DNA from: Octopus sinensis
Taxonomy: Eukaryota
NCBI RefSeq assembly: GCF_006345805.1
Contig: NC_043008.1
Location: 31,000,001-31,064,000, forward strand
Reading direction: 5' to 3'
Length of the DNA: 64,000 nucleotides
The position numbers were made by a program, and so were the translations under genes. The notes beneath the pieces are model-generated. The model was not told where the DNA came from. It searched no databases and saw only the letters and a list, made by a program, of their open reading frames with translations. Each line of letters begins with the position of its first letter. The stretch's first letter is position 1. Of this stretch, positions 40,815-53,951 are shown in pieces.

Positions 40815-42718
40815 AATTGAATTCTTTATTAGCCATTAGGCCGACATAGAGGGACAATACAAGACAGACAAAACATGCGGGTTAAAATAGCGTATGGATG
40901 ATGAAAGGGTGGAAATGATGAAAATGGAGTGATAAATACGGGGACACACAAACCAAGCATCATCACTGATCTTCTTTTAGAATTACTGGTACTTAGGTTC
41001 AAGTTTTCTCACACATGAAACGAGGCATACTCTCTTCATTCAAAAATCTGGACAGACAAAATGGGTTGGAGCAACATGTGATTAGATAACATATAACACT
41101 TGGTGAAAAGGAAATGTTGCATTGTCTTTTGAGCTCCTTTTAGGATCATAGGTATTCACATTCAGTCACCTTGCTTACACATGTAGCAAGGCATACACTC
41201 TTCATTTACAAACAAAATGGGTTGAATCAACATGTGATTGGATGACGTGTAGCAATTTATGAAAAAGAACATTGCGTTGACTTTTGAGTTCGGGTGTGGA
41301 TCGGCTAATTATGGGGTAACACGTGAATTTCTGTATGTATGTTTAGCTAAGGTGGTTTATTTTTTTCCTCTGTTGCTGGTGGTTGTATCCCTTGTGTTGT
41401 ATCTCTTATATGTGGCTTTGTTTGGGAAAAATGAGAAGGATGTTTGTGTTTTGTGTATGTATGGTATGAGAGCGGGTTTTTGGTTGCCTTTGTTTTCGAT
41501 GGCTTCTTTGTTCGGGGTAATAAAGTATAATGTTTGTGGTCTGTGTGTGTATGTTGTGGATGCGGGTTTTTGGTTGTCTTTTGCTGGTCTTTTTATGAGT
41601 GCGAGGGTCGTACCTTTCCTTTTCCGTTTCTTTTTTACAATTGTCCATCCGTCGTCACTCTCCTCGAACAAGGTTGGTTGTGGTTCCTTTGGGGTGTCCT
41701 TCTTAGTTTTCGGCACTTCCCTCTGTGACACCTTTGATGCAGGCTGCTTTGTCGTAGTGTTGGTCGATTTCTTTTTTCTTTTTTCAGGTTGCCAGTCTGT
41801 GTTAGGTTGGTGGGTTGTTCTATTGTGGTGCTCATTGACTTTCTTCTGTCTTCCTTCGGGCTGATAGTTTGTGGTGTGTTGATGGATTGTTTTGTCGCGA
41901 TGCTGGTTGGCTCCCCCTTGGTTTCTTTCGGGTCATCAGACTGTAGAGTTGCTAGGTCGAGCGGGTGCTTCAGGTTGTAGGACCTGTGGGTACATGGATT
42001 TCATGTGGCTCTTTTTCCCACACTTAAAGCGCCTTGGACTTCTTCCCTCTACCATAACACTTAATATGGTTTTGTCCGGTAGTATTACTTACTCTGGTAT
42101 TTAGTTCCAATTCCTTCTGGGTGACCTGGATTATTAATGTCAGACTTTCCGCTGGTGGCCTGAGGGATAGTGTTCTATCCTCCAGGTTCAGCAGTACGGC
42201 TTCCACAAGCTACATCACGTCGATTTCTGTGGCACTGTCGACCCATGTACATTGGTAGTAACACCAACTCGTTTGTCTTCAAAGGCACTGTGGAGTCTTC
42301 CTTTGCTTCTTCTTCAGAAGCGAACCTTACTTCCACAGTACCGTATTTTCCACCTTGCTACATAAGTTGTTTTATGCCATATGGGTTGTAGCCCTTTTCC
42401 GATACTTTCTTTTGGCATGTGTTCAATGCATTTTTTTTTTTAGTGACAGAGTTTTAAAAATTATAGTTTTCCCCTTATCGTTTGTTGCATTAACTCGTGC
42501 ATTAACTCCGTGCCATCTCTCTGTAACAGACGTTTGAATTTTTTAAGTCCTCCATGTCCAGGTTTATAGGTTCTTGATTGATTTCGGCTGCGGACGCGAA
42601 GCCCCGACTTTCATTTCTTGTAGTTTTTGGTTGTAAGTCATTGTTTTTGTTGGTGGTGGAATTCAAACTACTTGTAGTTTGCTTTGTATCACTTGAGTTT
42701 TTCTCCTCTCTCTCCCTC

Positions 42719-42807
<89 letters not shown>

Positions 42808-43100
42808 GAGAGGCGAGAAAGCCTCAATGAATGAGCATTGTTGTCCATTAGTTTGAATTCCACACTAACGTCGGTGGGTCGCTCATTGAAGCAAGCTGGT
42901 TTGTCCATCAGATCTGTTATTTGTAGGTCACCCCAAATGGAGCAAACCTACCAGTCTCCGCAAAACGTCAACCAAAAGAACCAAAAGAACAGCAAAGAAC
43001 CAAAAGAACAGCAAAGAAATACACGATAATTGCATACGGTTCAAGCAGATAACACAGTGACACAGCAAACATAAAACACACATTCGTTCGGTTGGAATTG
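40815..43100 (-). mobile_element. ORF1-only non-LTR (Tx1/L1-like) element
   Basis: Decayed gag-like ORF1 with zinc knuckle GRSPRRFKCGKKSHMKSMYP (~41985-42045) and GWTIVKKKRKRK; 3' hairpin, AATAAA and short tail at ~40815-40845; no endonuclease or RT motifs found. Confidence 0.6.
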
Positions 43101-43139
43101 TCGCACACACACTCAAACACACTCCTATATACATATATG

Positions 43140-43297
43140 ACAGGCTTCTTTCAGTTTCCTCAACCAAATCCACTCACAAGACCCTGGTTGACCCGAGGTT
43201 GTAGTAGAAGACACTTGGCCAAGGACCCACGCAGTGGGACTGAACCCGCAACCCTGTGGTTGGAAAGCAAGCTTCTTACCACACAGCCAATTGGGCG
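43140..43297 (-). mobile_element. tRNA-derived SINE, 5' part
   Basis: Minus strand tggctgtgtggtaagaagcttgc...gggttcagtccc (A and B boxes). Confidence 0.85.
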
Positions 43298-43301
43298 CTT
43301 G

Positions 43302-43337
<36 letters not shown>

Positions 43338-43356
43338 TAATAATAATAATAATAAT

Positions 43357-43718
43357 AATAAAGGTAGAAAATTTAGTGAAATATTCTACCGGTGGCCAGC
43401 ATGCGTAATAAAGTCGATAGACAACATATTTTTCATATAAATTAGGGTACGTTTTTATACACAAAAGGGGTGACCTTTAACAGGACACCTTACATGCCGG
43501 AAAGGGCTGATAAATCCCAAACCACGAATTCCCTTTGAAATTACCCTTATTCATGGTTTGGGCTTTAACTGCTCTTTCCAACATGTAAGATGTCTTGTTA
43601 AAGGTCACCCCTTTTTTGTATAAAAACGTACAAATTTATATGAAAAATATGTTGTCTATTGACATTATTACGCATGCTGGCCACCGGTAGACTATTTCTC
43701 TATAGTTTCTACCCTTAT
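43357..43718. repeat. Fold-back palindrome, ~175-bp arms with ~20-bp spacer
   Basis: ctaccggtggccagcatgcgtaataa / ttattacgcatgctggccaccggtag; ggggtgacctttaaca / tgttaaaggtcacccc. Confidence 0.92.
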
Positions 43719-43892
43719 TATTTTCATAATAAACTTTTCGTAATTCTGAAGACCTTTGGTACGCAGTTTTAATTCTTCTTATTATTCGCTGTCGATTGTA
43801 GCTGCACTTGCGCGGTGGATTTGATAAATTGTAATGTATACGGATGGAACACGTGTGTCTTCAGTGTTGCATAAATATGCATTAATTTTAGC

Positions 43893-43964
43893 GCCCTTAC
43901 TGAAGAAGCACGGATGGCAAATAAATTTAATTGTATATTGGTGCAAAAACTCGAGTATAAGGGT
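43893..43964 (+). ncRNA. Type I hammerhead ribozyme, near intact
   Basis: gcccuua-CUGAAGA-a-gcac...gugc-a-AAAA-cucgag-UA-uaagggu; 7-bp stem I, 4-bp stem II, palindromic ACUCGAGU, GUA triplet; G12A mutation. Confidence 0.75.
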
Positions 43965-44700
43965 AACACTTGAAATGCTTTTATTTTTCATTCCCTTTGA
44001 AATTACTCTTATTCGTGGTTTAGGCTTTCACTTCCCTTTCCAGCATGTAAGGTGTCCTGTTAAAGGTCACCGCTTATGAGTATAAAAACGTAACACTAAT
44101 TTATATGATATGTGTGTGTGCGTGTGTGCGTGTGTGTGTGTATGTGTGTGTGTGTGTATGTGTGTGTGTGTGTGTGTGTGTACAGTAATGACCACACCGC
44201 ACTTGTTTTTGCTTTTATGGGATCACCAACCTTAAACCCATTCCAATACAATAGTAAATGACTAAATAAATAAATGAATGGTGAATACAAAGGAGGATCC
44301 CCCTTCTCTCTCTCTCTCACTACTTATCTATCTGTCTGACTATCTATCTATCTATCTATCTATCTATTAGCCTATCTACCTACCTGTATTTCTATCTATC
44401 TCCATTGTCATGGAACCTCACCCCCCAAAAAAACAAAAACAATATTCTCTTCTCCTAAACAAAACCCAAAAAAACATCTATTTTATATAAATTAACAAGC
44501 TGTGTGTACATTCACACAATTTTATTTGACAAGTTCGAGAAAAGAACGAAAGCGCTAATAATATTGAAGAAATAGGAAGATTTTTTCCAAAATTCTGACG
44601 ACTTTTCTTCTCAATACATATACATATGTATACATATATATATATATATAAATATATAAAAAATATATATATATGTATATATTTATGTATTTATTTATTT

Positions 44701-44745
<45 letters not shown>

Positions 44746-44844
44746 AATAGAAGCCCCAAAAAATTGAATGATTAAATAATTTAATTGTTAAATGATAAAT
44801 TCAATTCAATTATATTATTTTACGGCAGCAAATGACATATCTAT

Positions 44845-44939
44845 TAAATTACAGCTATTTCTACATCGTTAATTAAAACATGCTTTCCAAGAATAATAAA
44901 ATATCGTCTTAAATATAATGAGGTTTCATCAGATTACAT
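44845..44939 (-). ncRNA. Type I hammerhead relic with intact core and degenerate stems
   Basis: aau-CUGAUGA-aaccuc...gaugua-GAAA-uagcug-UA-auu. Confidence 0.5.
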
Positions 44940-45186
44940 ATTTTCTTAAATATCTTACGAAAAAAAATTTATATATCAGATGAGGATTAAGAGAGAATCA
45001 GGTACAAGAAAAGGTATGCACCAGGTAGGGTTGGGTAATCCCTGTGATTCAGGCTTATGGTTGGTGAGAGTCGAAATAGCAAATACGATATTTCGGTTGT
45101 GTACACAGAGAAAACCAACCCTATGAGTATTTCGTTTTGGGATTTGGTTGGCAAGATACTTATATGAGTTCGTGCGTTGAAGCATA

Positions 45187-45432
45187 TTCTGTTGTGTTTG
45201 GGGAGAGTCATTTTCTTTTTGTGCCTTATAATGTAACACACTCACCGGTAAAATTTCCACTTTTTTCTTATTTTTATTTCCGGACAGAGTCAATACTATT
45301 GAAAAGATTGCAAGATGCAACGAAAATTTTAGGAAAATAAAAATAAAAATAAGAAAAAAGTGGAAATTTTACCGGTGAGTGTGTTACATTATAAGGCACG
45401 AAAAAAAATGACTCTCCCCAGACACAACAGAA
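45187..45432. repeat. Inverted repeat, ~93-bp arms with ~60-bp spacer
   Basis: gtgccttataatgtaacacactcaccggtaaaatttccac / gtggaaattttaccggtgagtgtgttacattataaggcac. Confidence 0.9.
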
Positions 45433-45546
45433 CAACCCTATGAGTATTTAGTGCCTAATGGGTTGGTCCAAATCACGAGTTAATTAGTACATTGTTGGTG
45501 TACTCTAGGGTGTGCGACAAGTCTTAAGTTCCCTTGGTGTACTATA

Positions 45547-45833
45547 ATCAAATGAATGATAACAAATGATGGATAATTGTCAGCTCATTATAGCTGTTTC
45601 TTATGTAACCATTTAATAGAAGAATAACACTACATTATAATAAAAGACCGTAATCAACAGTTGGCTTCAACAGACCCTAGTCACTTACTGGCTGTATTCT
45701 TGGAATATTCCATTGCTTTGTAAAAATTACTTCTCATCTGATAATTTACGCTCTTTTATTATGATGTTAAAAGATTACGTAATGAGCTGCAATGAGCTAA
45801 CAATTATCCATCGTTTGTTAATATTCATTTGAT
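45547..45833. repeat. Degenerate inverted repeat with a hammerhead relic in each arm
   Basis: atcaaatgaat...gatggataattgt / acaattatccatc...attcatttgat. Confidence 0.75.
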
Positions 45834-45844
45834 CAAATATATAC

Positions 45845-46129
45845 ATAGCCGACCAGGCTATCAGATGTTGCTACACATCGCTGGTCACAATGAGCTTCGC
45901 ATTGTTTTTTTAGCCTTCAAATAACGCCACCCCTCTGGCTAAGCGAGCAGGCCAACAGAAGAAAGAGTCAGAGAAAGTTGTGGCGAGAGAGTACAGCAGG
46001 GATCACCACCATCCCCTACCGAAGCCTCGTGGAGCTTTAGGTGTTTTCGCTCAATAAACACTCACAATGCCCGGTCTAGAAATCGAAACCGCGAGTCCGC
46101 TGCCCTAACCACTGGGCTATTGCGCCTCC
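45845..46129 (-). mobile_element. tRNA(Arg)-derived SINE sharing its head with 7169-7558 but with a different tail
   Basis: Near-identical 5' ~170 bp, then unrelated 3' sequence. Confidence 0.88.
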
Positions 46130-46139
46130 ATATATATAT

Positions 46140-46255
<116 letters not shown>

Positions 46256-46304
46256 CATGTATGTGTGTGTTGTTGTGCACGTGCACGCGCGTACAAATAC
46301 AAAT

Positions 46305-46900
46305 ATTGGATCATCTCATAAATAATGCTGTTTTTATACTTTTATTTTTCAAAATAAAGGTAAGCAAAGTTCTTTTTTTAACTAACATATACTCGCCTTA
46401 ATTTTCTACAATGCTCTTCCATATATCAGGTAGGCTTTCAAGGTCCCTCTTCCAAAATTCCCTTGTCCGTGACGAAAAATGCTTTTCCAGCACTATACTG
46501 ACCTCGTCTACAGATTTCCTATTTTTTCCGTTCAAATGATTTTGAAGACTACGGAATAAATGATAATCAGATGGAATAATGCCCGGCGAATATGGTAGGT
46601 GGAATGTCATCCTTTAGAATGTCATCCTCGTTGTATGTGGCCGAACATTATCTTGGTGGAAGAACATCTTTCGTCTTGAAACCAAAGATGGTCGTTTTTC
46701 CTCTAGCACTGACTTAAGCCATTCAAGCTACTCGCAGTAGATCTTTGTTATTGTTTGGTTGGGGTTTAAAATTTCAAAGTGGACAAAACCTTTCATATCC
46801 CACCAAACAGTTAACAACACTTTATGTGAGTGAAGACTTTCTTTATCCTGGGGTACAGGTGTTTCTCCTTTCCCTACCCACTATCTTCGTAACTGGCCAT
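46305..46900 (-). mobile_element. mariner (DD34D) transposase 3' relic with terminus
   Basis: VLPPR*CSAT region and HLPYSPGIIPSDYHLFRSLQNHL...LPDIWKSIVEN. Confidence 0.85.
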
Positions 46901-47329
46901 TTTTATGGAGAACTTATTTCTCCGGAATGTTTTGTTTCACTGCAACTAGCAGCTTTGTATCAGAACGAGAAGCCTCAACAATTACACTACATACGATAGA
47001 CCCTATCATTTGTATATTAATTATACACAACACTCCACCTAGTTATTTTTCTCACTGTCATATTGTTTATGATATAACAGGTATTGCACAATATGAACAA
47101 CACGTCGTTTTATAGCACAGTGGAACCTTTAGTATTCATGATTGTTCCACTCGTTTGTGTTGCTGAGTTGAACATCTCTTGTGAATATAACGAGACTGGT
47201 TCCGCTATGCTAACATGATCCATATACATTACATGGACAGAAAGTTTTCAGTGAGACTCCACTCCACCTCTAACGGTCCAGTAAGCTAATCAGAAACAAA
47301 AAAAGATCACAGTTCTTTTTGAGCCATGG

Positions 47330-47555
47330 GCTCATAAGGCTAGTTTCCTGGATTCTGGGTTGTATATATTCCCCGCATCACTGAAAGGGACATCAGCCCC
47401 CGCAGGATTACTCATTTCAGCCAAATGAGTGTACAGAAGCAACGTGAAATGAAGTGTTTTGCTCAAGAACAAAACGCATTGTCCAGTACAGGAATCGAAA
47501 CCACAGTCCTACGATCATAAGTGCCACATACTAACAAGTAGGCCACGCATCTCCT
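47330..47555 (-). mobile_element. Degenerate tRNA SINE with CORE-like centre
   Basis: B box ggtttcgattcc, then ttcttgagcaaaacacttcatttcacgttgc. Confidence 0.7.
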
Positions 47556-48961
47556 CAAACGTTACAGTTCACATATAAACACTACTTTATAAGGTATGCA
47601 CACACACACGCACACATATATAGATATATATATTACTATGTAAGTGTATGTATATTTATATGTATATATATATATATATGAATATATATGATACATATGT
47701 ATGTATGTATATATGTAGTATGTATGTATATGTATGTATATACGTTGTAACATAATATATTTTTTGTTAATATGATTTAATTTTTCAGACCATTAACGTG
47801 ATCTTTGGAGAAAAATTTGCTTTAATATCCTCTTGTTCATTTTTGTATAGATTTAAATATTAAATATTAAAATAGTTTGTAATATTAAAATATTATGTTA
47901 TATTAAAATATTAATAAAAAATTTTCATCACTAAAGATGAGGTCACTAAACCGAAAAATTCTAATCTTATTAACAACTCTGTTCAGACATTTAATATCTG
48001 TTTGTATTATTTTTGTTTTTATTTGGTTGTTTTATTAAAATGAAATCAAAAATTTAATCGAACTGGACTTAAATGAACTGAACTGAAATGAATTAAACTA
48101 TATTGAATTATAAAGACAAACACACTCCGGTAATGTAATATAAACAGGGTTTACTATTAAGAACTAACGTTAAATTTTGTGTTTGGGTGTTTTACTTACA
48201 TATTCATTTGAGCTATGAAATAATGTCTGGTACTTAAGAATAATGCAGTAACTACACGAAATAGATATTAAAAATTAACTACCACCACCGCCACCACAAT
48301 CAACATTATCGTCATTATTATAACCATCTTATCTTCATTATCATCCGCTTCATTATCATCCTCATCATCATCAGTAGCAGCAGTAGTATTATCATCATCG
48401 TCATTGTCGTCATCAGCATCATTCTCAACATTACCATCACCAATTTCGTTTCAGTGTTAAGTCTGTTATCTGTGTTGCGATAAACCTCAGCACCATTCCC
48501 ATTGTCAATATCATCGTCATTATCATGATCATCAACATCACCAGGATCATCAGCATCGTCAACAATACCATTATCATTGTCATCACCATCATCATTAACC
48601 TTCGTCGCCGTCATCGTCGTCACTCTGCTACATATTGCGGCATGCCTGCGTGGAAACTAATGTTTTCGAAGCGCAGAGCAGTAACAATTAATGTTTGCAG
48701 AAATTACAAGGAAATATGTGTGAGTTATACGTATGGACAGTAAGATAAGGGTAAGGATGTTGTCTCTAGTGTCTTAAGAAAGGATATTTCTGTTACTTTG
48801 CTATTTTATCAGTCATTAAGAGGAATTCATATCTTGTTAAGATAAATAAAATAACTGAACTAAGTATTTTGTCTAATGATAGAACGCAGACGCCTAGAAT
48901 AGAATCCGAACTCGATTTCGTAATCTAGATTTGAAACCTTTTGCGCTAGAAAAACAGAACA

Positions 48962-48962
48962 C

Positions 48963-49056
<94 letters not shown>

Positions 49057-49374
49057 GCAGGCAGGAGGTAGGTAGGTAGGTAGGTAGGTAGGTAGGTAGG
49101 TAGGTAGGTAGGTAGGTAGGTAGGTAGGTAGGTAGGTAGGTAGGTAGGTAGGTAGGTAGGTAGGTAGGTAGGTAGGTAGGTAGGTAGGTAGGTAGGTAGG
49201 TAGTAGGTAGGTAGGTAGGTAGGTAGGTAGGTAGGTAAGTAGATAGGTAGGTAGGTAGGTAGGTAGATAGGTAGGTAGGTAGGTAGGTAGGTAGGTAGGT
49301 AGGTAGATAGGTAGGTAGTAGGTAGGTAGGTAGGTAGGTAGGTAGGTAGGTAGGTAGGTAGGTAGGTAGGTAGG
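48962..49374. repeat. (GATA)n followed by (GGTA)n tetranucleotide satellite
   Basis: Directly visible. Confidence 0.97.
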
Positions 49375-49755
49375 TGCAGGCATGGCTGTACAGTTAAGAT
49401 GTTTACTTCATAACCAAGTGAGCTCCGACTTTAGTTCCACAGCGCAACACTTTGGGCAAGTGTCTTCTACAGCTCTGAACCGACCATTGCTTTGTCTTTG
49501 AACTTGGTAAACGGAAACAGCGTGTTAGTACGTTTTGTGTGTGTGGTGTGTGTGCGTGCGTTTGTATTTCCACCCCGTTACTTAACAACAGGTGTCGGTT
49601 TGTTTATTCTTGCAACGGAGTGGTCCGGCAAAAGTGACTGATAGAACAAGGGTCTGACTTTAGAAAAATAAGTATTGAGGTCGATTTGCTCGACAAACCC
49701 TAAAAGGCGGTGCTCCAGCAAGGCAGCAGTCAAATGATTTAAACAAGAAAAAGAG
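49373..49755 (+). mobile_element. Full-length degenerate tRNA SINE with RTE-like tail
   Basis: Head, internal (TG)n, and tail aaggcggtgctccagcaaggcagcagtcaaatga. Confidence 0.8.
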
Positions 49756-50652
49756 TGAAAGGGATCGATGGGTTGAACCTTACTTCCTTGAGCCTGTAAC
49801 TTGAGCCGTAACGGAGGCACCGATATCATATACGGTGTGTCTAGAGCATTATATATCTAGTAGAGCCTATCTCATTCTTCCAAAAAGAGAGAATAAAAGA
49901 ATCTACTCTTGGAGAGGCATTTTATTTATCGATCCGGAAACGATAAAATCAAGGTTAACCTCGATGAAGTTTAAAATCAACCGCAGTAACCCGGAACCAA
50001 TATACTGCCATGTATAGATCGATAATGTATTATTAGGGTGGGCATCAGTGCGTATCAAATTTGACAAAATATAATTTAATTAGATACAGTAACTGATTTT
50101 GTACTGAGCTTTTGACTAGGTTAAGTGAATTATGTTTTACTAACTTATTTGCACTTATTTAATCGACGACAGAACCAGAGCCGTCTGAAGACATATGCAT
50201 TGGGCAGTTACCTAGAGACATCTATGGTCTAGTGGCCTCACGGGTTTCGGGGCCCAATTCTGATCTCCGTATTCTTTGGCTTACTGTCAATAAATAACTA
50301 TTATAGGCCCCAGTGCTCTGGGGTCTATAATGCTATAATGACAGCCCTGGTCAGAGCGATGCAAAACAAGGTCGTGCCTGCAAGATTTGAACTCGAGAGA
50401 ATGAACCAAAATATCGTAAATCGTTCATTACTGGTGTTTTACAGCCTTGTCCACAATCATATCTACAATTTCACTCTTACCCGCTGCTTTCACTCTCTCT
50501 CTCTCTCTTTCTCTCTCCCTTAGTCGAAAATTAATATCCGTTCACAATGTAACACGTCTTTATTCAAATAATACACGTCTGGGTTCGATCTAAAATTATT
50601 AACATGATTATTATTTTTGGCATTAAGTGAAAAAATATTGTTGATATTACTT

Positions 50653-50690
<38 letters not shown>

Positions 50691-51721
50691 CGTTGTTGTT
50701 GTTATATTTTCGCATCGATTTCATCATGTTTTCTATTGTAATTATTCATGTTATAATAATAATAATAGTTATTTATTTACTTATTTATTTATTTCCACTT
50801 CATTTCACTTCATTTACATCACTGACCCTATGGGAGTTTATTTTTATTCATATGTATTTTCTCTCTCTCTCTCTCCTTCTCTCTTTCTCTCTCTCTCTCT
50901 CTCGTTCTCCCTCTCTCTCCCTCTCTCCCTCTCCCTACATATATAAATATACACATATATATATATACATGTATGTGTATACGTATGTAATTAAATACAC
51001 ACATATATATGTATATACATGTATATATACACACGCATATATACACATACATATATATGTATATGTGTGTATGTATATATATATGTATGTATATATATAT
51101 ATTATTATTGTTCTAGCCTCCCCTAACGCCTGATATCAAAGAAAAGTACCCCTGCAGAGTTGAACGTGTAAAGAAGAAAATCAATTCCGTTAGTTATTTC
51201 ATTACCTCGTTCTGATAGCGAATTTTTCTCATACCTGTTTGCCTGTATTTGTTGTGTTGCCTTACGTTTGTTCGTCACATCTTTAGATCAATAATGATTG
51301 GGGGCGGCAAACGGTGCAGTATATATATATGCATGTGTGAGTGTAGAGTTATGAATGTATGTAAGCAAGTGAATATTTACATTTGTGTTTGTGTGTGTGT
51401 GTGTTTATATATAGGTATGTATATGCATATGTACATTTGCATACATAGAACATGCTCACAAGTGCATACACACTCGTAAATATATATATATATACATATA
51501 AAAATACCTATTTGCATATATGCGTATATAGGCATGTTGATATATATGTATATAGGAAGGCAGGTGTTTACACGAGGCGAGTGTTCCCTAAATATATTGA
51601 TGTACAAATATATTATTAATACTGTTATCATATAAATATGTTAACCATCCACACAGAATTCTAACTCCTAATACGTAAAACACACCCCTATATATATATA
51701 TATATATATATATAGATATAT

Positions 51722-51756
<35 letters not shown>

Positions 51757-51812
51757 TAAGGTATGTAGAAAAATACAACATGGACAAGAACGTATAACTC
51801 TTAGAAGACGAC

Positions 51813-51859
<47 letters not shown>

Positions 51860-52778
51860 GTATATATATATATACATATATATACATATATATATACATA
51901 TATATATACACATATATATATATACATATATATATGCATACATATATATATATGAGTATATGTATGTATATATATGAATATATAAATATATAAATATATA
52001 TATATATATACTATATATATAACATAATATAATATATGTGTGTATGTATATATATATATATATATGCATATATGTGTGTGTATGTATATATCTGCATATA
52101 TATGTGTGTGTGTATGTATACATACATACATAGACATGTACATAAACATATAAATTTATATATGTATATATATACTGTGGAGTGAAAATATACCAGTACA
52201 AACTTAGAATAGATAAGCAGCGAATTAGTGCTTGGACTGATCGAATTCATAAACTCCCGCTTCTTAATCAGAGTAAGATAGTCCGACAGCATTAGAGTTG
52301 GCTAGAAGAAACACAAGGTTCGAACGAATAGTTAATGAGAAAAAATGGATAAACAGGTATGTGTGTGTGTATATGTCCATGTGTATGTGTGCGTGTGTGT
52401 ATACCTGTATGTGAGAGTACATTCATATATATATATATATATATATATATGTTCATATATATATATGTGTGTTTGTAAAAATATACAAGCTTAAATTTGT
52501 TTATATACATCTAAATCAGTACCTGTATGGTTTTGCATTGTACCCATTATGTTGCATAATACATAATACGTGTGTATGTGTGTGTGTACAGGCGTGGGAA
52601 TATGCATATATGTGTGTATTTGTGAATGTATATATATATATATATAATATATATTATATATTATATATATTATATATATATATAATATAATAATAATAAT
52701 AATAATAAATATTAGGGAATAAATCCAAACTTACAGGGAAAAATCAAATTTAGGATTGAATCCAATGTTATAGTAAAA

Positions 52779-53015
52779 TATTATATTATATTAAATTAGA
52801 GACAAAACCACTATTAGGCAAATCATACAATGAAAAACTTAAGCCAATACATAAGATTATTTAATTTATATTATTTAAATATATAACAAAATTATTTAAA
52901 AAATATTATTTTTTTAATAATTTTGTTATATATTTAAATAATATAAATTAAATAATCTTATGTATTGGCTTAAGTTTTTCATTGTATGATTTGCCTAATA
53001 GTGGTCTCTAATTTA

Positions 53016-53025
<10 letters not shown>
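52779..53025. repeat. Near-perfect AT-rich palindrome, ~120-bp arms
   Basis: ccactattaggcaaatcatacaatgaaaaacttaagccaatacataagatt mirrored about ~52905; 5-bp indel between arms. Confidence 0.93.
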
Positions 53026-53095
<70 letters not shown>

Positions 53096-53664
53096 CAAAG
53101 TGAGATAGGGGTTATGAGTGTAACCCACTATGGGATATCAGTTAGCTTGAGATTGTAAATAATCTCTCCCCTACCCCCGTAAGATTTTTAACCACTGTAA
53201 TACTGTATTGATAATAACGTAAGCACAGTCCGTTACGGCCTGTCTCTTACCTCTTGATCTGTGAACTCTACGTATGTACACGTATATATCTTTTGTATGA
53301 TGTAAAAGGATAAAATCTCTTTATATATGTATATGTATTAGTTGATGTTTTTACGCATGTATTTGTTACCTGTGTGTATATATACGAGTATATGTATGTA
53401 GATTAAGACTGAAGTTTCGATTTTGACTGTATGATATATGAGTATAATGGCATTATTGGTTGAATTAATATCCTTGCATCTACCATAAACATATGTCTAT
53501 ATATTATGTTATACTATATCATATATGTAATATACAATATATTATATCATATTATATTATATTACACTATATTATATTATACTATATCTTATGTGGTATT
53601 TTCCATCTACTATGTATTGTGAATAACAGAATACACATATTCCATTATTGGTATTATTATTATT

Positions 53665-53723
<59 letters not shown>

Positions 53724-53888
53724 TAATAATAATGGTTTTGGTAATTTAATATAATGAACTTTGGATTTTGTATATGTACCCATTGATGTGGATGTATTTG
53801 TATACTCCAGTATATATATTTGATTATCTGTAACCTTATGTGTATGTATATTATTATATATATACTTATATATATGTATATATATATA

Positions 53889-53951
<63 letters not shown>

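Noticed and set aside
40828-40848. Similarity of tcggcctaatggctaa (minus strand) to U2 snRNA stem I
   Set aside because: Only ~16 nt and no further U2 sequence; better explained as the element's 3' hairpin.
47930-47970. GATGA-ggt...acc-GAAA motif
   Set aside because: C3/U4 are absent and there is no stem I; could be chance.
48280-48625. Asp/Met-rich ORF 48318-48623
   Set aside because: A degenerate (CAT)n trinucleotide repeat.
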